The notes under the pieces are model-generated. The model was not told the DNA's origin and ran no database searches. It was given only the letters and a program-made list of their open reading frames with translations. Below, in pieces: positions 28,650-37,300 of a stretch of 64,000 bases of DNA. The position numbers and the translations under genes are program-made. Origin of the DNA: Candidatus Eiseniibacteriota bacterium. Lineage in GTDB: Bacteria > Eisenbacteria > RBG-16-71-46. Numbering within the stretch: the stretch's first letter is position 1; each line of letters starts with the position of its first letter. Location: assembly GCA_963744995.1 (NCBI GenBank), contig CAVUWA010000005.1:64001-128000 (forward strand), in the 5' to 3' direction.

Positions 28650-31600
28650 TCACGGCATGAGAAGTGCCTTCTTCACGAACGACCTCGAACCGGTCGCCAT
28701 GCGGATGAAGTAGATCCCCTGGGGGCTCGCCCGGCCGGTGTCATCGCGGCCATCCCAGACCACGGTGTGCAGGCCCGCCGCAAAACGGCCGCGGGCGAGC
28801 GAGCGCACCAGCGCCCCGCGCACGTCGTAGACCCCCAGCTCGACCGACGCCTCCTCGGCCAGACTGAGATCGATCGCCGTGCTGCCTGCGAACGGATTCG
28901 GCCGCGCGCCTCTCAGGGCGGTGACGCCGACCCAGGTCCCTGCGTTCTCCACGGTCGCGTCGGAGAGCTCAACAGGATCCCCGGCGGCGACATCGCCGGT
29001 GATCACCTCGGGCGCCTCTTCGGCCGCGCCGGGCTCGAGCGCTGCGGACGTCTCCTCCGGCACGTCCCAGGTCCAGGCCGCGGCGAGCAGCGTCGGCGAC
29101 GCAACCACCGATTCCGTCGTGCTCTCCACGCTGAGCAGCAGGTAGCCCAGCCCGTTCTGCAGTTCGTAGCGGAACCCGACCGGGCCGTCCTCGATCGTCG
29201 AAGCGGACTTCAACGCCAGCACGTCCGCGGTGGAGAAGGCGAACAGCGCATCGCGGTCCCCGTCACCGTCGAAGTCCGTCAGGGCCATCCGCGTCGGCAT
29301 CACGACACCCTGCAGGTTGCCCACCATGGCCAGGTGCCGATCGATCGAGCCGGCATACACGAGCGGCTGGGTTTCCCCGACGTCCAGGGTCACATCGCCC
29401 GTGATTCCGTCCGTCACCACGTCTCCCACCCCGATGGTGCTCGGGCTCCCGCCCGCCGTCGGACCTGCCGAGGAAGGCACCGCCAGCACGAACTCGCTCA
29501 CGGCCGGATCGAGCAGGCCCTCTGCGGTGAATCCGGAGTACGCGACGGCGTTGGCGCCCCGGTCGTGCGGAACGCGCACACACACCGTATCGCTCGCGGT
29601 GTTTCCCGACATGTCCATCGCGGTGTAGATGATCGTGTACTTGCGTCCCGGTTTGTTGCCGCCCTGCCGCTCCGAGCGCAGGCTGAAGGCCACGTCCGCG
29701 GTGCCGTAGTCGGCGTCCTGGATGTCGTTCTCGGTGTCGCCGTCACCGGTGCCGTTGTCGGGCTCGCTCGAAGTGATCGAGGTCAGCACGAACGTCGGAT
29801 TCGGATCGCAGATGTCGGTCACCGTCACGTCCGCCTCGATGAGCGCCAACATGTGGTTCGGCGGCCAGAGGATGTCGCGGCTCAGGGCCACCTCGATGTC
29901 CGGCGGCGTGGTGTCGACGACCTCGACGTCGGCCTGGCACTGGCTCGAGTTGAGGCTGACGTCCGTCGCCGTGAACGTCACCGTCGTGGTCCCGAGCGCG
30001 AAGTCGTCCGGCGCGTCATCGTCGATGGTCGGCGACGGATCGCAGGCGTCGGTTGCGGACGCTCCGGCGAGGAACGCGACGATCGCCGGATCGGTCTTGG
30101 GCACACCGGTGTGCGACGTGCATTCGACCGTGATGCCGTCGGGACACGCGATCATCGGGGCCGTGGTGTCGACGATCTCGATACTCACCACGTCCTGATC
30201 GCTCTGGTAGCCGTCGTTCACGGTCAGGGTGACCACGGTCGTGCCGAGCGGGAACGTTGCGGTCGGTTTGGCGGCGTTGGGATCGTCGAAGCTGATTCCC
30301 GTCGCCGACCACGAATAGCTCAGCGCGTCACCATCCGGGTCGCTCGAGGCCGTGCCGTCCAGCATCACCGACCTGCCGAGGTGCGAGTTGCACTCCAACT
30401 GCTGGTTGGATCCCGCGTCGGCGACCGGCGGCCGGTTGACCGTGATCGCGAAGTTCTCGCCCAGGTAGGGCCCGGTCGAAGGCGAGCTCGTGTTGCGACC
30501 CTCCACCGCCCACAGCACGCTGTGGACCGGGCCGAGCACGGCGATCTCGCCGTTGCTGAGCATGTGCGAGGGGCTCCCGAGCCCGGGGACCGTGAGCACC
30601 TTGGCCTTGGTGGCGGCGTTGTAGAACACCAGATCGAAGCTGTTTCCGGCGAAACCACCGCAGCCGACGCGGGAGTTCCAGCTGAAGTTCCGGTTCGAGG
30701 TCGGTGTCACGAGGCTCGCCGCGGCCGGGGCGAGCAGATCCGGGCCGATCAGATGGTCGGCGGCGACCATGCCGTAGAGCAGGTCGTCGCTGTTGCCGAG
30801 GGGCGCCCGCAGGGCGGCCCAGGCCGAGGAGAGGATCGTCGGATTGGCCGCTTTCACCCGGTTGAACAGCGTCAGATGATCGACGGAGACGTTGTCACGG
30901 CCATCCGACGCGTTGTCGAAGAGGTCCCAGAACGTCGTCATCACGGCGCGCTCGTTGTCCTCACCGCCGAACGCGAACTGGTTCTCCAGGTCATAGGTCA
31001 GGCTGGCATCCTCGAGGTCCGCGTAACCCGAATCGCCGACGCGCGGCACGCCCAGGCTCGCCAGTCCGAGGACCGTCTGTGCCGAGGTGCCGAAGTAGGT
31101 GGGCCAGCCCTCGCCCCAGGCGAGGCGATTGCCCTCGCTCTTGCTGGGCCGGACGTCCGCGTCGCAGTTGGCGCTGCTGTGCGGTCCGCCGGGGTTGTTC
31201 TCGATGTTGAAGTAGTCCATCACATAGTGGCCGTACTCGTGATGGATCACGTCCCAGTCCCAGCGGTCGCCGGTGCCGATGTTGAAGTGGGACCCGTCCG
31301 CCGCGTAGAAGGACCCGCTGCCGCCCGGCCATTCGAGCGGCTTGTAGGGCAGAAACGCGTTGCCGTTCAGGTAGTAGGCGTAGGCGGCGATGTACGAGGC
31401 GCCGGTGAGGATCCCGCATGCGGAGTTCGTGCCGTTGTTGTTGAACGTGAAGTTCTCGGTGATGACGGCGCCGTCGGCCACGTCGTTCGTGACTCCGGAC
31501 TCGCGTCGGTAGGTGTCGCCGCCCCCCGCCGGCCGCACGCCGACCTGGCCGTTTTCCAGGATCACGCGCACGAAGATGTCGCGGCCGCCCGCGAGCGGAC

Positions 31601-32501
31601 CGTCATCGTTGTCCACGACGAACGAGTAGAGCCCGTCGACGTTGGTCACCGCATCGGCCACCAGTTCCGAGCCGATCGTCTCGTCGTCACGGACCTGCAC
31701 CCAGCAGCCGTAGCAGGGGTGGGAAGTCCCGTTCTCGTCGAGCCAGTTGACGGCTCCCTGAACGGTGATGTTGGCGGCGACGCCCTCGACTCCCAGCGTG
31801 GCGACCGCGTTCTCGCCGCTCGGCGGAACCGTGAGCCGTGGCAGGGTGCCCACCTCCCCGGCGGCGAAGCGCTGCTGGGTGTTCAGACGCGAGGCGTCCT
31901 GGTCGATCTGCACGGGGGTCGTGGTCACGCGCGCGATCTCGAGCCCGGCCTCATCGGGCGTGAGCAGGCCCGCCTGGGCTTCCGCGCGGATCGCCTGCAC
32001 CTCGACGTAGACATAGCCTCCCATGTCGGTGTGTGCGCGACCGTCGCGGAAGACGGTGTACAGGCCCTGCCGGCGCATGACCGGCTGGCCGGGGATCACG
32101 CCGTTCGCCTCCGCCGTGACCACGACGGCGGAAGGCACCGCGTCGCCGTAGCGGACGGGCAGCTGGAGGATCTGGATCGAGCCCGAGGTCATCGAGCCGA
32201 TGGAGCGCTGCAACGGTCCGAGGACGGCGAGCGGTCCATCCGGAGCGAACGAGATTCTGACGTTCTGGAGATCGGCCCATGCATGAATCACCACTTTGGC
32301 GTTCACGATGGCGCCTGGCGCGACGAGCGCATCGTCGACGCTCAGGTCGAGCTCGATCGGGTTGAGTTCCTTGAGAGGACCAGCGCAGCGGGATGCGTGC
32401 GCCGAGGTGGCGTCGTGCGTGTCGGTCGGAGGCGGCGTGTCGAACGGCGACAGCGCCACGACCGAGGCGAGTGCGAGCGGTAGGAACGATCGGGAGTTCA
32501 T
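28650..32501 (-). CDS. Large secreted zinc metallopeptidase-like protein with PKD and HYR-like domains and FlgD-Ig/T9SS-like C-terminal domain
   Basis: DVIHHEYGHY (HExxH) and downstream AWGEGW; PKD (NRPPVADAG...SSDPDGDALSYSW); HYR-like (DTTAPMIACP...FALGTTTVTFTATD); C-terminus PNPF...WDGRDDTGR...GIYF. Confidence 0.8.
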   Translation of the reverse strand: MNSRSFLPLALASVVALSPFDTPPPTDTHDATSAHASRCAGPLKELNPIELDLSVDDALVAPGAIVNAKVVIHAWADLQNVRISFAPDGPLAVLGPLQRSIGSMTSGSIQILQLPVRYGDAVPSAVVVTAEANGVIPGQPVMRRQGLYTVFRDGRAHTDMGGYVYVEVQAIRAEAQAGLLTPDEAGLEIARVTTTPVQIDQDASRLNTQQRFAAGEVGTLPRLTVPPSGENAVATLGVEGVAANITVQGAVNWLDENGTSHPCYGCWVQVRDDETIGSELVADAVTNVDGLYSFVVDNDDGPLAGGRDIFVRVILENGQVGVRPAGGGDTYRRESGVTNDVADGAVITENFTFNNNGTNSACGILTGASYIAAYAYYLNGNAFLPYKPLEWPGGSGSFYAADGSHFNIGTGDRWDWDVIHHEYGHYVMDYFNIENNPGGPHSSANCDADVRPSKSEGNRLAWGEGWPTYFGTSAQTVLGLASLGVPRVGDSGYADLEDASLTYDLENQFAFGGEDNERAVMTTFWDLFDNASDGRDNVSVDHLTLFNRVKAANPTILSSAWAALRAPLGNSDDLLYGMVAADHLIGPDLLAPAAASLVTPTSNRNFSWNSRVGCGGFAGNSFDLVFYNAATKAKVLTVPGLGSPSHMLSNGEIAVLGPVHSVLWAVEGRNTSSPSTGPYLGENFAITVNRPPVADAGSNQQLECNSHLGRSVMLDGTASSDPDGDALSYSWSATGISFDDPNAAKPTATFPLGTTVVTLTVNDGYQSDQDVVSIEIVDTTAPMIACPDGITVECTSHTGVPKTDPAIVAFLAGASATDACDPSPTIDDDAPDDFALGTTTVTFTATDVSLNSSQCQADVEVVDTTPPDIEVALSRDILWPPNHMLALIEADVTVTDICDPNPTFVLTSITSSEPDNGTGDGDTENDIQDADYGTADVAFSLRSERQGGNKPGRKYTIIYTAMDMSGNTASDTVCVRVPHDRGANAVAYSGFTAEGLLDPAVSEFVLAVPSSAGPTAGGSPSTIGVGDVVTDGITGDVTLDVGETQPLVYAGSIDRHLAMVGNLQGVVMPTRMALTDFDGDGDRDALFAFSTADVLALKSASTIEDGPVGFRYELQNGLGYLLLSVESTTESVVASPTLLAAAWTWDVPEETSAALEPGAAEEAPEVITGDVAAGDPVELSDATVENAGTWVGVTALRGARPNPFAGSTAIDLSLAEEASVELGVYDVRGALVRSLARGRFAAGLHTVVWDGRDDTGRASPQGIYFIRMATGSRSFVKKALLMP

Positions 32502-33100
32502 GAGGGGCCTCCGACGGGGGTTTCATGCTCGACGGGAAGATCGCCTTCACCAGCGCGGATGGGGGGCGCGGGCGCGGGCGCGGGGGATCACGCGCCGAAG
32601 GGGTGGCGGTCAGAGGAGAAATGATGATGCCCATCGGCGACCTGATCATCGTGGGCTCCGCGTTGAGGTGCGGATTCCGTGCTCCGCCGCGTCCGGCGCA
32701 GCACTTCGCGAGTCTAATGCGCCGTCGTGCCCGGGTCGAAGATCAATTGGATCTGCGCCGGAGAAACGCGACGAAGGTCCTCAGACGACGAGACGGACCA
32801 CTCATGGAGTAACCACGAAAGAACGCGTCGAAACAGGTCATCGAGCCTCGGATTTTTCGGCGCGGTTCAGCAGCGGCAAACCCACCATTGCACTCCCGAG
32901 CGCACGAGAACTTTCAGAACGACCTGCCGGGACTCGAGTTCCTTCCCCGCTCGCGGCCCAGCGGCCCCCGTAACACACGACGCGGCGTTCGATCTGAGCA
33001 ACCCGCAAGGTTCGGGTCCGGTTCGCGAAGGACGCGCCGGGTCGGCAGACGCACCTCCGGGGCGGGCGACGCCAGCGCCGGGGCAGGATCCGCCGCTGGC

Positions 33101-34258
33101 TCAGTGTCGCGCGGAGTTCACCGTGAACGCCGCGCCCGGATAGCCGACGAAGTGATAGAGGTTCGACGGGGCCGTGGGTGCCATGCCCACGTCCCCGAGC
33201 CCGAGCTCCGGTCCGCTGATGGACGTCGCGTACGCCACCGGCCAGCCGGTCGCGCCGCCCGCGCCGGCCGCCAGTCGCCTGAGCGTCAGCAGCCCCATCG
33301 GAATCGAGAAGCGCCCGCACCAGGTCCAGCGATAGGTGTCCGGATGATCCGGATCCACGAAGGTCCGATACAGCGTGCGGACCTTCGTGAGATCGAGCGG
33401 CCCGGCGAGCGGGCCGGTCAGAAGCCCGCGGTCCCTGGCGGTGGCATCCTCGTACGCTTTCACCCCGCCCGCGCCGAACGTGACCTGGGTGAAGTCCGGT
33501 CCGTAGTGGATGCCGTCGGCGGAAATCGCGATCGCCACGTCGCGTCCGAGTCGCCAGTCGCGCGCCTCGAGTTCCGCCGCGAGCGCCGCGCCGAGGTGGT
33601 CGGCGAGCGTCTCGAACCGTTCGAAGCTCGCGGCCGGCACCAGGATCGGCACGATCTCGACGTCCGGACGGAGGTGCCTGAGCCAGCACACCAGAGGCTC
33701 CAGCGAGTGTTCCATGTCGTGCGCCATGGCGCTTTGGGTCCAGTCTTCGCGCGGCAGCCGGCCGAGAATCGCCTCGCGCAGCGACGCCACCGGCACCTGC
33801 CCGTCCGGAGCGGTCCACTCGCCGTATGGATCGAATACCAGACGATCACGCTCCCCGACGCGCCAGTAGCCGTGGAACACGCCGAACAGCACGACGGTGC
33901 GAGCCGTGATCAGCGGCAGCACGCGCCGGTAGACGCGGCCCGCGAAGCTGAAGTCGTCGTGCGGGCAGATCACCGCCGCCACCCCGGGTTCGGGAGCCGG
34001 ACCGAGCGAGTCCGGCGCGGGGCCCTGCGCCGACCGCACCCAGACCGCCTGCATCTGCGTGGCGTGCAGTGCGTACGCGGTCGAATCGATGCGCCCGCGC
34101 ACCACGTCATGGGAGGGAACCGCCATCGCGTGGCGCACGGAGTCCGCAGACAGCGTGACATGCACGAGCGGCGTGGTGGTCTGCGCCTGCGCGGCGCTGC
34201 GTGCGAGCGTCAGGAGGACGATGGCGAACGCACAGAGGGTTCGAACCCGGCGGAACAT
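33101..34258 (-). CDS. MEMO1 / AmmeMemoRadiSam protein B family protein with signal peptide
   Basis: ICPHDDFSFAG, LFGVFH, HDMEHSLE, ISADGIHYG, TWCG, YATS and VGY motifs; AGGAGG RBS; signal peptide ending AQA. Confidence 0.8.
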   Translation of the reverse strand: MFRRVRTLCAFAIVLLTLARSAAQAQTTTPLVHVTLSADSVRHAMAVPSHDVVRGRIDSTAYALHATQMQAVWVRSAQGPAPDSLGPAPEPGVAAVICPHDDFSFAGRVYRRVLPLITARTVVLFGVFHGYWRVGERDRLVFDPYGEWTAPDGQVPVASLREAILGRLPREDWTQSAMAHDMEHSLEPLVCWLRHLRPDVEIVPILVPAASFERFETLADHLGAALAAELEARDWRLGRDVAIAISADGIHYGPDFTQVTFGAGGVKAYEDATARDRGLLTGPLAGPLDLTKVRTLYRTFVDPDHPDTYRWTWCGRFSIPMGLLTLRRLAAGAGGATGWPVAYATSISGPELGLGDVGMAPTAPSNLYHFVGYPGAAFTVNSARH

Positions 34259-34373
34259 GCGAGCCTCCTGCGGAGAGTGTTCGGTGCCATGCCGACCGAA
34301 GACGTGGAACCTGCCGCACCCGGCCGGCGGCAGCCTGGATCCCGGCCGTGCGGGCACGTGAAGCGCGGCGCGC

Positions 34374-35894
34374 TCAACGGCCGGCAGGGTCCTCGCGCAG
34401 TTTCTGGCGCAGGATCTTCCCCGTCTCGCTCTTGGGCAGTACGTCGCGGAATTCGATCCGACTCGGGATCTTGAAGTCGGCGATGCGGCCACGACAATGC
34501 TCGAGGATCTCACGCTCGGTGCACGGCGCGCGCTGCACGATCGCGCAGCGGACGACGTCGTCGCCATGCGGGCCGGGCGCACCGTAGACCGCCACCTCGG
34601 CGACGCCGGCGTGGCTCGCGATCGCCTCCTCGACCTCGAGCGGGTTCACCTTGAAGCCGCCGCGGTTGATGAGGAACTTCTTCCGCCCGGTCAGCACCAG
34701 GCAGCCGTCCGGATTCGCGCGGCCCAGATCTCCCGAAAGGTAGAATCCGTCGCGGAAGCTGGACGCATTGGCCTCGGGGTTGCCATCGTAGCCGCGGATC
34801 GCCCCCGGGCTGGCGATCGTGATCTCGCCCTCGTCGCCGGGGGACACCGGCCGCCCGTGATCGTCGACGACCTCGATGCGCACGCCTTCGAGCGGACGGC
34901 CGACCGATTCGGCGCAGGTCGCCGGGTCCGGATGCGGGTTCACGCTGATCGTGCCGGTTTCGGTCGAGCCGTAGAGCTGCCGCACGCGGACGCCGTACTT
35001 CTCGTGGAAGCGCTCGTTGTCGGTGGGCAGCAGCGGGGCGCTCGCGGAGAACGCCACGCGCAGGCTGCCGAGATCCACGTTTCCGCGCACCGGAGTCTCG
35101 GCGAGCAGGACGAACATGTAGGGCACGCCGCCGAAGTAGGTGATGCGCGCTTCGGTGATCAGCGCGAGCGCGCCGCGCCGGTCGAACTGGCGCACCGGGT
35201 GGAGCGTGCCGCCGACGTACATCGAGGTGAGCATCGTGCGCACCAGGCCGTTCACGTGGGAGAACGGCGCCGCGCCCAGGAAGCGGTCCTCGGGCCCCAG
35301 TCCGAAGGTGCCCGCCAGACGCTCCAGCTCGAACAGCAGCTGGGCGTGCGTGCGCACCACGCGCTTGGGATTCCCGGTCGAACCCGACGTGTACTGGTGC
35401 ATGAGCGGCGCGTCCGCGGCCACGCCGGCGGACTCCGCAGGCACGGCGGCCGGCCCGGGCGCCGTGGCGCCCGGGCTCAGCACCGCGCAGACGCCGGCAT
35501 CGTCGAGCTGCACCAGGGCCGGGGGGCGCGGCATGCCGGCCAGCGCCTCGCGTGCCACCGCGGCGAGGTGCGGCGCCACGATCAGCGCGACCGCACCGGT
35601 GTCCCCCAGGTAGTAGACCAGCTCCTGCGTGCGGTAGCGCACGTTGAGCGGCGCCACCACGCCACCCGGCCGCACGATGCCGAAGTAGCCGGCGACGAAC
35701 GCGGCGGAATTGGGAATCATCAGGCCGACGCGCGCGCCGGGGCCGCAGCCGAGCGTCTCGAGCGCGCGCGATACGGTCTCCGAACGCCGCCTGAGCGTGT
35801 CGTAGGTGACGTCGCCGCCGGATTCGCGGACGGCGGTCTTCGACGCTGCGGCCGTCGCGTTGCCGTCGAAGACGTCCGCAAGGGATCGCGTCAT
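34374..35894 (-). CDS. Class I adenylate-forming enzyme (acyl-CoA/acyl-ACP ligase)
   Basis: YTSGSTGNPK, YGSTETG, SGDLG, GRKK, LPKSETGKI; GAGGAGG RBS. Confidence 0.92.
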   Translation of the reverse strand: MTRSLADVFDGNATAAASKTAVRESGGDVTYDTLRRRSETVSRALETLGCGPGARVGLMIPNSAAFVAGYFGIVRPGGVVAPLNVRYRTQELVYYLGDTGAVALIVAPHLAAVAREALAGMPRPPALVQLDDAGVCAVLSPGATAPGPAAVPAESAGVAADAPLMHQYTSGSTGNPKRVVRTHAQLLFELERLAGTFGLGPEDRFLGAAPFSHVNGLVRTMLTSMYVGGTLHPVRQFDRRGALALITEARITYFGGVPYMFVLLAETPVRGNVDLGSLRVAFSASAPLLPTDNERFHEKYGVRVRQLYGSTETGTISVNPHPDPATCAESVGRPLEGVRIEVVDDHGRPVSPGDEGEITIASPGAIRGYDGNPEANASSFRDGFYLSGDLGRANPDGCLVLTGRKKFLINRGGFKVNPLEVEEAIASHAGVAEVAVYGAPGPHGDDVVRCAIVQRAPCTEREILEHCRGRIADFKIPSRIEFRDVLPKSETGKILRQKLREDPAGR

Positions 35895-35958
35895 GTCCTG
35901 CCTCCTCGTCGTCGGCGACGGCGCGGACACCGGGCCCGCCCGGCACCGCCCGATCGTC

Positions 35959-36219
35959 TCATGGGAGTCGCACCTCGATGAAGCGGATGAACGTACCGAC
36001 GGTCTGGAAGTGCTCCGGAAGGAGCTCGTCGTCGGCGACCGTCAGACCGAACTCCTCCTCCGCCGCCGCCACGAGCTGCAGCGCCTCGACCGAATCGAGG
36101 CCGATGCCCTGCCCGAGGAGCCCGGTGCCCTCGTGGATGCCATCGTCGCCCGCACCGAGCCCCAACCGCGTTTCGAGCAGGCGTGTCACGCGGGCCAGCA
36201 TGTCGTCTGTGGGTTGAAT
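35959..36219 (-). CDS. Acyl carrier protein (start at ATT 36219 or ATG 36201)
   Basis: GIGLDSVEALQL phosphopantetheine site; EEEFG; ~80-86 aa, acidic. Confidence 0.88.
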   Translation of the reverse strand: MQPTDDMLARVTRLLETRLGLGAGDDGIHEGTGLLGQGIGLDSVEALQLVAAAEEEFGLTVADDELLPEHFQTVGTFIRFIEVRLP

Positions 36220-36289
36220 CGTCCGACCTCCTTCGTTTCCGTATGGGCCGCGCCCGCACGCCGGCATGCGAATCCCACACCCGTCTCCG

Positions 36290-37300
36290 CTACGCGCCGG
36301 GTGTCTCCATGCGCAGACGATACCAGCCGCTCCACAGCTGCGGGTGACGCCGGACACTGGCCTCGAGCAGCCGCGCATAGCGCAGCAGCAGGTCTTCCAC
36401 CGCGGCATGGCGATCGAGGGACGGTACGGGCTCCAGCGCGGGCTCCACCACCACGTCGAAGCGCGCCGGCCCGAGACGCACCACGAACAGCGGCAGCAGC
36501 GCCGCGCCGCTCGCCAGCGCCATGCTCGGCGCACCCGTCGCGAGCGCGAGCCGGCCGCCGGCCATCGGCACGTCGATCGTGCGGTGTCCCACGTCACCCA
36601 TCCGCAACGAGACCAGGCCGTTGTCGCGCAGGCGGCGATCGACCTGCCGCGCGTAGCCGAGGGCGCCGCCGCGCGGCATGACGATGCGTTCGCGCAGCGC
36701 GCGATCCTCGACGCGCGTCCGCAGCCGGCTCAGGAAGCGCATGCCGAAGCGCGTCGGTCGCCACACGTGGCAGCTGTTGGGCGAGAAGCCGCGCGAGAAC
36801 GCGCTCAGGTGACTGACCTCGAAGCCCTGCGCGTGGAGCGCCTTCTTGGACAGCAGATCGGCGTAGGAGAACGGGCACACCATGAGGATCGCGCCGTTGC
36901 CGCGAGCCAGGGCGGCCTCGATGTGCGCACGCCCCTGGAAGCGGATCTCGGGGCGCCAGCCTCCGGGCCGATATTCGCGCAGGATCTGCAGCCGCTCTTC
37001 CATGTAGGTCGCCATGATGCGAACCCGCAGCGCGAACAGCTCCCGGTTCGAAGGCTTTGGACCCAGCGAGCGCCGCAGGCGGGTCATGCGCCGCCGGGTC
37101 ACGTCGGGTCGTGCCGCCGCGATGGCGAAGCTCAGGACGCGGCTTGCGGCGACCCACAGGCGTTGCGGGACGAGCCACGACACCGGCGCCAGCACCGAGA
37201 TCGCGATCATCTCGAACACGTCGGACATCGAGAGCGCAGGGTCGGGCGCCGTGGCGGGCCGAGCTGCGGCGGCGCGGCGGGACTCCGGGATCGGGTTCAA
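36290..37300 (-). CDS. Lipid A lauroyl/lysophospholipid acyltransferase-like protein (LPLAT)
   Basis: FQGRAHIEAALARGNGAIL, VSLRMGD, LATGAPSMALASGAALLP, VRRHPQLW..W; TTG start overlaps the upstream stop (alternative ATG at 37228). Confidence 0.75.
   Translation of the reverse strand: MNPIPESRRAAAARPATAPDPALSMSDVFEMIAISVLAPVSWLVPQRLWVAASRVLSFAIAAARPDVTRRRMTRLRRSLGPKPSNRELFALRVRIMATYMEERLQILREYRPGGWRPEIRFQGRAHIEAALARGNGAILMVCPFSYADLLSKKALHAQGFEVSHLSAFSRGFSPNSCHVWRPTRFGMRFLSRLRTRVEDRALRERIVMPRGGALGYARQVDRRLRDNGLVSLRMGDVGHRTIDVPMAGGRLALATGAPSMALASGAALLPLFVVRLGPARFDVVVEPALEPVPSLDRHAAVEDLLLRYARLLEASVRRHPQLWSGWYRLRMETPGA

Noticed and set aside
32874..32900. GGCAAACC (c-di-GMP-I riboswitch-like) and GGC...TTGC (sigma54-like) sequence
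   Set aside because: The rest of the riboswitch consensus is absent, and the GG-to-GC spacing is not 10 nt.
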